This document shows, piece by piece, positions 37,915 to 45,091 of a stretch of DNA of 63,813 nt (positions are counted from its first letter, which is position 1; each line of letters starts with the position of its first letter). The DNA lies in the NCBI GenBank assembly GCA_903842085.1, contig CAIMLA010000004.1, positions 1 to 63,813 of the forward strand, read 5' to 3'. The notes under the pieces are model-generated. The model was not told the origin of the DNA, ran no database searches, and was given only the letters and a program-made list of their open reading frames with translations. The DNA comes from an uncultured bacterium. GTDB lineage: Bacteria > Patescibacteriota > CPR2 > UBA1875 > CAIMLA01. Both the position numbers and the translations under genes were made by a program.

Positions 37915-38931
37915 ATGAAAATTAATTTTATCGTCTCCAAGTCAATGAATCATTTCTTCTTTGTCCAGAATCTAGCCGAATGGCATTATTCTTGCCGGAA
38001 AAATTTTAACCGTCTTTATCTCAAAGAAAATGAGCCATTGAACAAAGAAGAAATCAAAGCCTTGACTGACTTAAGACAACTCTTACAAAAATATAGCTTT
38101 AAGCCACTTGAGAACAAAAAAGCAGATAATGTCTTTAATTACCTTCTCCGCTACGAACAATTGAAAGATGAGACTGAGATCTTAGATGATGCAGAAAGAT
38201 TAAGATTCATAAAAACAATGAAAGTCTTTGAACCTCGTTTTGAAAAATTATGGAATCAAGAAAGTGAAAATTTTAGTCAAGTTCAAAGCTTTTTAACCAA
38301 AAGATTTAATCAAACCGAAGCTCAGATTTTAACTGACCTACAGACCCTATTCAGTCCAATCGCTTCAAAGAAGGAAATAGAAATTATTCTTCTTCTGTCT
38401 GCCGGCGATAGAGGCGGTGGCGGAGGGGCCAATAACGGCCCGAAGACAATCACCCTTGAATGCAGTTCCCTAAAAGAAAAGTTTGTAAATTATAAACTAT
38501 TTGTCCTCTGGCATGAAATAGCTCATCTCATATTAAAAAAATATACTCATAAGTTATGCGAATTACTTGAAAGTAATCCAACAATCAAAGTCGCCTCAAT
38601 CGATGCTAAAAGAATGGACTTTGGCTATATAAAAGAGCTCTTTATTTTTTCTATCTTCACCGATATCGGCTTTATGACTTTTAAATATTTCCCGATCTAT
38701 AACTATAAGGAATATCTTCTAAGGAGCGACGAGGAATGGTTCCGCAATGAAAGACGGATTTTTCCCAGCTATTTAATCTATTTAAATGGAAGCTTTATGG
38801 AAGAAAAATTAAGAAATAGGGAAAATATTCCGGCTCAAGAAATGGCCAAAGCCATAGTCACAAATCACCTCTTAACCAAAGAATACTATGATCAGTATGG
38901 TGAACTCGTAACCTGGTTTTCATATAATTAG
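37915..38931 (+). CDS. hypothetical protein with HExxH motif and Gly run
   Basis: 338 aa with LWHEIAHLIL and GDRGGGGGANNG. No family recognised. Confidence 0.55.
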   Translation: MKINFIVSKSMNHFFFVQNLAEWHYSCRKNFNRLYLKENEPLNKEEIKALTDLRQLLQKYSFKPLENKKADNVFNYLLRYEQLKDETEILDDAERLRFIKTMKVFEPRFEKLWNQESENFSQVQSFLTKRFNQTEAQILTDLQTLFSPIASKKEIEIILLLSAGDRGGGGGANNGPKTITLECSSLKEKFVNYKLFVLWHEIAHLILKKYTHKLCELLESNPTIKVASIDAKRMDFGYIKELFIFSIFTDIGFMTFKYFPIYNYKEYLLRSDEEWFRNERRIFPSYLIYLNGSFMEEKLRNRENIPAQEMAKAIVTNHLLTKEYYDQYGELVTWFSYN

Positions 38932-39203
38932 AGTCAGATAAAAAGTCGCTAGCAACTTCTCAGACTCCTAAGATCTGAAGGAGGTAAATTAATAGATAGG
39001 GCTATTTTTACGAAGTTTGTCTAACGATTATATTTTAAACCTTGCTTCGTGATCGTCCTCTTTAGTAGACCAAGTGGTTAAAAAAATGCTCAAGACGATC
39101 AATAAGAAAGGAATCTTGATAAATAAAATTTATTATTAAGTGGGGCTAGGTTTGGTCCGTCGGGATTTCCAACGAACCAAACCGGTTGACAAGACTAGTC
39201 CTT

Positions 39204-39656
39204 TTAGTCTTGATTGCGGACTAGACATTTGGCTTTGATCGCTCTCAGGCCAAGCTCGGCGTTACTGGCAAAGACTTCCGCAACCTCGAAGTTACCAAGG
39301 TTGAGCTCTTGAACTGCCATGAGCAAGATCCAAAGCTCATGCATTAAGAGGTTAGAAGATGACTGAAGATCAAGAGAGTGTTCCCGGTTATTGGTTTGAT
39401 GCCAACGCCGCCAAACCTCATGTTCAAAGTTGTTAAGATCTTGGCTAAACAAGCCAGTTGGGTGCTCAAAGAGGTTTTTTGCCGCGACTATGGCCTGGTA
39501 AGGACGATTGTCCCAAGGTCGTTCCGGGAGATACTCAGACTCCAAAAGTTGGAAAGCCAAGTCAAAAGACTCGTTGATGATCTTATTAACTTTGACTCGA
39601 TTACCAAGTGAACGGAGGGGAACCATTTGCCCAAACCTGCCTTTCTTGTGGAGCAA
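39204..39656 (-). CDS. hypothetical protein (about 140-150 aa)
   Basis: The track start is TTG. The ATG at 39626 with AGGCAGG upstream is an alternative. No family recognised. Confidence 0.5.
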   Translation of the reverse strand: MLHKKGRFGQMVPLRSLGNRVKVNKIINESFDLAFQLLESEYLPERPWDNRPYQAIVAAKNLFEHPTGLFSQDLNNFEHEVWRRWHQTNNREHSLDLQSSSNLLMHELWILLMAVQELNLGNFEVAEVFASNAELGLRAIKAKCLVRNQD

Positions 39657-39671
39657 CCAGGATAGAAAGCT

Positions 39672-39812
39672 TTAATCAATCAGAGTGAGTTGATTTGGAT
39701 TTATATCCTCAGCGGTGACCGTCCCTAAGAGAGCGCGATCATCAACAAAGATGACCACAAGCAGCAGCTGCCGCTTAGGGCCAAGTTTTGCCTGACCATT
39801 TTCATCAGCCAT
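39672..39812 (-). CDS. candidate small ORF, 46 aa
   Basis: Below the track cutoff. It reads MADENGQAKLGPKRQLLLVVIFVDDRALLGTVTAEDINPNQLTLID*. Its ATG shares its A with the TAA of the upstream small ORF (TAATG). Confidence 0.3.
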   Translation of the reverse strand: MADENGQAKLGPKRQLLLVVIFVDDRALLGTVTAEDINPNQLTLID

Positions 39813-39982
39813 TACCACCATCTCCAATTTGGACTGTAGTTATAAAACCAATTATGGCAACAATGACACCAGTAGAACAAGACCTGTTGCCTATCCCAAA
39901 TCAAACCCCAGGTGTGACAAAAGGGACAAACGACTGCGACAACCGATTCACCTTGAACCCTAATTAAAGTGGTCCGTTTCAT
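39812..39982 (-). CDS. candidate small Cys/Trp-rich (zinc-ribbon-like) ORF, 56 aa
   Basis: Below the track cutoff. It reads MKRTTLIRVQGESVVAVVCPFCHTWGLIWDRQQVLFYWCHCCHNWFYNYSPNWRWW* with GAAGG adjacent to the ATG. Confidence 0.35.
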   Translation of the reverse strand: MKRTTLIRVQGESVVAVVCPFCHTWGLIWDRQQVLFYWCHCCHNWFYNYSPNWRWW

Positions 39983-40139
39983 CCTTCACCGTCCAAAGAA
40001 GAGTTGCTCGATATCCTGGTGAGAAGAGCTCTAAAAGGACTTACGAACTCGGTTCGTAAGGATTTGTCTTGTCAAATTACTGAGAACTTCGAGAAGAAGT
40101 TAACCTTGATTATATTTTACCAAAAGTTGATCCGTAAAA

Positions 40140-41330
40140 CTAGCCTTGGATCAGTCCGCTTCGCTTACTTTCTTTTAAGAACATGGCTTTAGAAAAAGCG
40201 GCTTCGTAGCCATCAACATTGTGCTTCGGTGAGAATAAATATTCGGCTCTTTTTCTCGGCACTTGAGGCGGAATACTATCCACTTTTTTCATATTCTTGG
40301 CGATCCGATCAATATATTTCAATTGTGATGCCGTCACTTCGGTATCATTTTCACTCAAATCCAAATCATCAACTGGGATTAATAAGCCCGCCTGATCAAT
40401 CATTTCAGTTAGTGAGCCCAAAGCTGGACCAACAACTGGTGCCCCTGAGGCCATCGCCTCAGCCACAACTAAGCCAAATGGTTCTGCCCAGAGATTGGTC
40501 ATCATGACGGCTTTTGCATTTCTCATCAATTTTGCTTTTTCCTCCAAGGTGCTCATGCCTAGATATTCATCATCAGGGCCCAAGCGAGGCGCAATAAATT
40601 TATCATAATAATCGGTCTCATGCTTTTCGGCTTTTTTCCCAATTAACTTTATGGGCACCCCAATCTTATGAGCAACCTCGATCGCGATATGGGGGCCTTT
40701 CTCCATACAAAATCGCCCGACCCACAACAGATAATCACCTTTTTTGTTATAATTAACGGTATAAAAATCAGTATTAACCGCGTTGTAAACCGTCCCTAAG
40801 TGATTTTTAATGTCGAAACATTCCAAATATCTCCTGGCTTGATCTTTACTAATACTGACAAAATATTGACCAGCATCTGATAAATCCCGGATGAGCTTCG
40901 GTAAGTGATCTTTGGCTGGTCCATGCCAAGTTTGGACCACCGGAATGCCATCCGTATCTATTAGTTCGTCTGGATGCAAAATAATATCAGCCTTAAAAAG
41001 AAATTTTGAATGATTTTCTCTCATCTCTTGAGCATGAATCGCCAAAGTGTTATCCCAGATCACATCTGGTCTTTCAGCAATGGCTAGCTCATAAGCGATC
41101 CGGTTGCACTCTTTCTCCTTGGCAAAGGACACGCCCTGTCCTAAAGCCTTCGGTGTTGTTGCGACCAATTTTGAAGCTACTTTTGAATCACCCGAGGCAA
41201 AGACATAAACATCATGTCCCCGTTTCACCATTTCTTCCTCAGCAATCGAGATGACAGTCTCAATGCCACCATATTTCTGATCTTTACCTAAAATCGGAAT
41301 CACGACCGGTCCAATAATACAAATCTTCAT
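40140..41330 (-). CDS. GT4-family (group 1) glycosyltransferase
   Basis: 396 aa with EPFGLVVAEAMASGAPVV in the C-terminal Rossmann domain. Confidence 0.85.
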   Translation of the reverse strand: MKICIIGPVVIPILGKDQKYGGIETVISIAEEEMVKRGHDVYVFASGDSKVASKLVATTPKALGQGVSFAKEKECNRIAYELAIAERPDVIWDNTLAIHAQEMRENHSKFLFKADIILHPDELIDTDGIPVVQTWHGPAKDHLPKLIRDLSDAGQYFVSISKDQARRYLECFDIKNHLGTVYNAVNTDFYTVNYNKKGDYLLWVGRFCMEKGPHIAIEVAHKIGVPIKLIGKKAEKHETDYYDKFIAPRLGPDDEYLGMSTLEEKAKLMRNAKAVMMTNLWAEPFGLVVAEAMASGAPVVGPALGSLTEMIDQAGLLIPVDDLDLSENDTEVTASQLKYIDRIAKNMKKVDSIPPQVPRKRAEYLFSPKHNVDGYEAAFSKAMFLKESKRSGLIQG

Positions 41331-41424
41331 CTTGCTCCTTTTTCTAAAAAACCCAAATTTTATGATCTTAATATAAGCATATTAATTATACCGCCTTTTA
41401 GTTTATTATGTAAGCTTTTCCTTG

Positions 41425-41430
41425 TATAAT
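41425..41430 (+). promoter_or_regulatory. -10 box TATAAT
   Basis: Consensus hexamer about 60 nt upstream of the ATG at 41492. Confidence 0.35.
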
Positions 41431-41491
41431 CTGCCATTTTATGTTATGGTTCTGCCATCTGTGAAAGCAGCGGACCTTGAGAGGAGTAATA

Positions 41492-41869
41492 ATGAAAAAT
41501 AGTGCTCTTCCTCTACCGCTAAGTACTAAGATGTGTTGGCTTGCTGGAGAAGTGATCGAAAAAGAGCAGATGTTTTTTCGGATAACCTTCCTGAATCAAT
41601 ACGATCAACCGGTTCCTTGGGAAGGATCAGGGGCTCGCGTTCTCTACGAGACCGAAACCCTGGCCATCGAGAAACATTACATCTTGGACTTCTCAAGTGT
41701 TGAGATCCAAACCCATCACCTCTACTTAACTGGTTACGTTAACATCGGTCAGATCAACGAATCGTTGATCTTGGTTAACTTTGAACTTCAAAGTCTGGCC
41801 GATGCCGATGACTACAAGCGACAAAACTTCGATCATTGCCTTCCGAGAATGTTATTCCACAACTGTTAG
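41492..41869 (+). CDS. hypothetical small protein P1 (125 aa)
   Basis: Start trimmed to the ATG at 41492 (GAGAGGAG RBS). It shares motifs with P2 and P4. Confidence 0.55.
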   Translation: MKNSALPLPLSTKMCWLAGEVIEKEQMFFRITFLNQYDQPVPWEGSGARVLYETETLAIEKHYILDFSSVEIQTHHLYLTGYVNIGQINESLILVNFELQSLADADDYKRQNFDHCLPRMLFHNC

Positions 41870-41880
41870 GCGGGTGAGCT

Positions 41881-42243
41881 ATGATTGGCGTTAACTACAT
41901 CCGAGTGGTTGAAGGCGATATTTGCTACATTTGCGGTTATGTCAGAAATTTCATCACTTCTGGCAAACTAATCATCAAACCCGATGAAGAGTACCCAGAA
42001 AGCTACTATTGCTATCGGATCATGTTCTGTGATCAGATCGGACAAGTCTATCCCCTGGCAATCAAAAGCTATGATGCGATTGATCTCGAAGCCGGCACTG
42101 TCATCCATCTCTGGTTGAAAAGAAATAGTGCCACGATGGTTGAGATCGTTGGCTTCGATGTCTCTGATCCTTATGAGTATAACGAGACTTGGCCAGAGGG
42201 CATTTCACCTGATAGTTTCTTGATTAGTGAGGAGGAGTTCTGA
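41881..42243 (+). CDS. hypothetical small protein P2 (120 aa), paralog of P1
   Basis: YCYRIMFCDQIGQVYP aligns with P1 FFRITFLNQYDQPVP. ICYICGYVRNF aligns with P1 LYLTGYVNIG. Confidence 0.55.
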   Translation: MIGVNYIRVVEGDICYICGYVRNFITSGKLIIKPDEEYPESYYCYRIMFCDQIGQVYPLAIKSYDAIDLEAGTVIHLWLKRNSATMVEIVGFDVSDPYEYNETWPEGISPDSFLISEEEF

Positions 42244-42476
42244 TGAAACTGTCCGTTCGAGTCTCTTGGCTGCTTATCCTCAGCCTCTGTCTCTTCTTTT
42301 GGATCGGCGCCATCTATGGCCTCCGCCTCCTCCTCTTTCCCCATAACACCACCTGGCACGCTTATCTCTTAAGCGCGCTCGTGGCCCTCGCCATCGACGT
42401 CGTCTTCCTCTACCACCTCTTCTCCTCCGAGCTACATCAACCTCGACCGAAGACTTCGTCTCTTCAAAGGCCGTGA
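42243..42476 (+). CDS. small 2-TM membrane protein P3 (77 aa)
   Basis: TGATG overlap with P2, GAGGAGGAG RBS and two hydrophobic helices. Confidence 0.5.
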   Translation: MKLSVRVSWLLILSLCLFFWIGAIYGLRLLLFPHNTTWHAYLLSALVALAIDVVFLYHLFSSELHQPRPKTSSLQRP

Positions 42477-42874
42477 ATCAACCTCTAGAAGGCCGGTTCC
42501 CGGCCTTCTCCTTGTCTGGACTTATAAAACAACTCTGCTATAATCAAAATGATTCAAGCCCCTATCTGAAGGCGGTAAAAATGCTTGATTATGGTCAAAT
42601 CGTCACCGAACCATCAGCGACCGTTTTATCGGCCAAGACTAACAAGTGGTCCTCCTGGAGTGGACGAAGAATCTTCGTCACCCTCAACCAAGACTCCTTT
42701 TGGGTCACAGGCTACGGCAAAATCGAAAAAGATGGTCACCTTCGCCGACTGCTGGCCAAAGCCAAATCGTTGGACCATAACCAAATCATCATTTTTACAA
42801 TCGACCTTTCAGAAAACCAAGTCTATGCCCGTTATTATATGGCTGAAGCCATAACCGGGCTCGCCCCAGGCTGA
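42473..42874 (+). CDS. hypothetical small protein P4 (up to 133 aa)
   Basis: GTG start overlaps the P3 stop (GTGA). The ATG at 42581 is an alternative. It carries the motif FWVTGYGKIEKD. Confidence 0.5.
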   Translation: MNQPLEGRFPAFSLSGLIKQLCYNQNDSSPYLKAVKMLDYGQIVTEPSATVLSAKTNKWSSWSGRRIFVTLNQDSFWVTGYGKIEKDGHLRRLLAKAKSLDHNQIIIFTIDLSENQVYARYYMAEAITGLAPG

Positions 42875-42878
42875 CACT

Positions 42879-42905
42879 AAGTGCCTCCTGGGGCACTTCT
42901 TTGTT
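42879..42905 (+). terminator. intrinsic terminator after P4
   Basis: AAGTGCC-tcctgg-GGCACTT followed by CTTTGTT. Confidence 0.6.
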
Positions 42906-42946
42906 AAACAGGTCACGCTATTTTGGTGGAAAATCGTTTTAAACTG

Positions 42947-42955
42947 TGCTATAAT
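42947..42955 (+). promoter_or_regulatory. extended -10 promoter TGcTATAAT
   Basis: About 100 nt upstream of the RlpA-like gene. Confidence 0.45.
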
Positions 42956-43054
42956 CCTCTCGGACATAGGGTGAAGCATCTTTACAACTCCAGAGGCCAT
43001 GTTATGGGGGACCGATAAATTGTCGATCTACCCAAACCAACTGAAGGAGACGGT

Positions 43055-43576
43055 TTGTCTTCAACAAAGAAAGTTCTCTACCTGGCAGTTATGACTCTAA
43101 TCGTCGTGACGATTAGCGGCCTAATTGCGACCACGACCATGGCTCAAGCCAAAACCATTCATTCGGTGACTGGCGATTTTCGAGCTGTGTCCAGTTGGCA
43201 GAAGACGGTTTCAACCTGGTATGGACCAGGCTTCTATGGAAACCAGACGGCGTCTGGTAAGATCATGCTCAGCAATTGCGCCAGAAATGTCCAATCGTGG
43301 AAAAAACATCCACGAAAGTACATCCTCTTTGGTGCCGCCAACCCAAACCAGTCGTTGCCACTTGGAACGTGGGTAGAGATCAATTACAACGGGGTCCACC
43401 TCGTCATTGAAGTCGCAGATCGTGGCCCTAACTCTAGAACTCTAGAACTAATGGGTGCTACTAGAAGTTATCTCGATTACTACGGGAAGAAACTGCTTAA
43501 GCAAGATAAGATAAAACACTACACGATCTTTTCCGGCAATCAAACCCTAAGCTGGCGAATTGTCAAAAAGATCTAA
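43055..43576 (+). CDS. RlpA-like double-psi beta-barrel (DPBB) secreted protein
   Basis: 173 aa with a TTG start after AAGGAGA, a signal/TM segment, and TWYGPGFYGNQTASG. Confidence 0.7.
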   Translation: MSSTKKVLYLAVMTLIVVTISGLIATTTMAQAKTIHSVTGDFRAVSSWQKTVSTWYGPGFYGNQTASGKIMLSNCARNVQSWKKHPRKYILFGAANPNQSLPLGTWVEINYNGVHLVIEVADRGPNSRTLELMGATRSYLDYYGKKLLKQDKIKHYTIFSGNQTLSWRIVKKI

Positions 43577-43629
43577 GTCCGTCTGACCACACAATGGCCT
43601 GACGTTTCACCCACCTACTATGTCCCTGG

Positions 43630-43665
43630 CCCTGGTTGGACTTAAATCCAACCAGGGCTTTTTCT
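43630..43665 (+). terminator. intrinsic terminator
   Basis: Perfect 11-bp stem CCCTGGTTGGA/TCCAACCAGGG with loop CTTAAA, followed by CTTTTTCT. Confidence 0.8.
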
Positions 43666-43695
43666 AATATTTGTTTAGCAACCATTTTGTCTGCT

Positions 43696-43704
43696 TGGTA
43701 TAAT
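43696..43704 (+). promoter_or_regulatory. extended -10 promoter TGgTATAAT
   Basis: About 45 nt upstream of the ATG at 43750. Confidence 0.45.
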
Positions 43705-43749
43705 ATACATACAACAAAAACACAATGGACGCCCTTTTTAGGAGGTCAG

Positions 43750-44202
43750 ATGGAGCTTGGCTTTAAAATCCTAGAGTTCTGGGCTTTTGACCAAATTTTG
43801 GGGTTAGGGCCTGAAGGGTTGCCCGCCCCAGCTCATTTGGGACTTGGAGAAGTAGAAGAAACACAAACTATGGTTAGCCCCTTTGGTGTCTATGTGATGA
43901 TTGAAAAAATAACAATTGTCGATGGCACACTAAACCAATACCTTTTCAGAGCAAAAAGCATCCGGGTAATAAACAGAAAGTTTACAGATCGACGACTGAT
44001 CCCTAGAAACCCTCAAAGCTTTTTTTCTCCAATCTACTGGAACAGCGCATATGGGGTTTTCGACCGCGAGGCCCGCTTTGGCGCCATCGAATTGAGTTCT
44101 TCGACCAACTTTTTCCCTCGAGACAAAAAAGGCCTCACCAAGGCCATAACCCTTCGTACAAACAGATTGATTGATCAAGCAAACTCTCTCAGTCATCTGT
44201 GA
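43750..44202 (+). CDS. hypothetical small protein P6 (150 aa)
   Basis: Start trimmed to the ATG at 43750 (GGAGG RBS). It carries the motif FGVYVMIEKI. Confidence 0.5.
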   Translation: MELGFKILEFWAFDQILGLGPEGLPAPAHLGLGEVEETQTMVSPFGVYVMIEKITIVDGTLNQYLFRAKSIRVINRKFTDRRLIPRNPQSFFSPIYWNSAYGVFDREARFGAIELSSSTNFFPRDKKGLTKAITLRTNRLIDQANSLSHL

Positions 44203-44256
44203 CACCCCTAGAAAAAATGGGAGCATTCCCCTCTTTTCTGGGGGTGCTTTCATTTT
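44203..44256 (+). terminator. intrinsic terminator
   Basis: 13-bp stem CACCCCTAGAAAA/TTTTCTGGGGGTG with one G-U pair, followed by CTTTCATTTT. Confidence 0.75.
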
Positions 44257-44301
44257 AAAGAACATCGATCGTTGGCCTTGTCTTACCCCACCTAATCGTT
44301 A

Positions 44302-44307
44302 TATAAT
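44302..44307 (+). promoter_or_regulatory. -10 box TATAAT
   Basis: About 45 nt upstream of the ATG at 44354. Confidence 0.35.
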
Positions 44308-44353
44308 GCCGCTGTCCAAAGATAATATTATCTCCTTGGAGGTATCTGTAATT

Positions 44354-44722
44354 ATGGTCGGAATGATTGTAAAAACCATCGATTTAGTAATTGTGATGGG
44401 CGTGGAGAGATTAAGTCCAACTGATGAAGCCTTTCAATCTGGTCAGTTCGGCCGCTCTCGGGCCTTTCTCGTGACAAAGGCTTGGCCTGACAAAAATGAT
44501 GGCTATCACGTGGTTATCCTGTCGGTTGAGTCGCTGCAAAAAGAAGGCGCTCAAAACAAGATTCAAATACAGGGGCAGCTTCTAGACAAAGACCTTAAAG
44601 AAGCTGGAAACTTTGAAGCAAAACTGAAATTAGTTGATGGAAAATGGGGAGGCATGGCCCAATTTAAAACAAAACGAAGTTTCCGACCATCGTCCATAAT
44701 CATCTCAAGCGATCTCCAATGA
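44354..44722 (+). CDS. hypothetical small protein P7 (122 aa)
   Basis: Start trimmed to the ATG at 44354 (GGAGG 10 nt upstream). Confidence 0.5.
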   Translation: MVGMIVKTIDLVIVMGVERLSPTDEAFQSGQFGRSRAFLVTKAWPDKNDGYHVVILSVESLQKEGAQNKIQIQGQLLDKDLKEAGNFEAKLKLVDGKWGGMAQFKTKRSFRPSSIIISSDLQ

Positions 44723-45024
44723 GCCTTCTCCGTGAGGCAGAAAACTCTAACGGCAAGGTCTGGCCATATGATAATCTGACCCCCCTCGAGTCTCTGAGTG
44801 TTGGTGAAACGATCTTTCTCGACCTCGAGATCGATTGTTGTAAAACCTCTTTTTCTTTTACCCCGACCGAGGTTTTACCAGCTAAGAGTAATCACACCCT
44901 CGGCATTGCTCGTGGTATCATCTTTGAAAAATGCCTCGACGGACAATACGAACACGAAGTAATCCTCACTTATGGCCGCCCGCCCACCATCCATCTTTAT
45001 CGGAGCCGGCTTATCTGCCCCTAA
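44719..45024 (+). CDS. hypothetical small protein P8 (101 aa)
   Basis: ATGA overlap with P7. It carries the motif IARGIIFEKC. Confidence 0.5.
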   Translation: MSLLREAENSNGKVWPYDNLTPLESLSVGETIFLDLEIDCCKTSFSFTPTEVLPAKSNHTLGIARGIIFEKCLDGQYEHEVILTYGRPPTIHLYRSRLICP

Positions 45025-45039
45025 CTTGGACTGGTCTAT

Positions 45040-45072
45040 GCAAAAACCCAGACTCAAGTCAGGGGTTTTTGC
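45040..45072. terminator. bidirectional hairpin between convergent genes
   Basis: GCAAAAACCC/GGGTTTTTGC 10-bp stem with a 13-nt loop. The A/T runs within the stem arms serve both strands. Confidence 0.65.
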
Positions 45073-45091
45073 TTTAAGAGCGTCTCTCTAT

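Noticed and set aside
42246-42262. GTTCGAGTCTCTTGG resembles the tRNA-Glu 3' end (GTTCGAGTCCCCTTGG) and could be an attR for an island starting at 27018.
   Set aside because: The exact match is only 9 nt, which is expected by chance in a window of this size. It needs an indel, lies inside a CDS, and does not coincide with any compositional boundary.
42585-42854. An 89-aa alternative-frame ORF inside P4.
   Set aside because: It is fully nested in 42473-42874, which is translationally coupled to P3. The ORF has a biased Ser/Pro/Thr composition typical of an off-frame reading.
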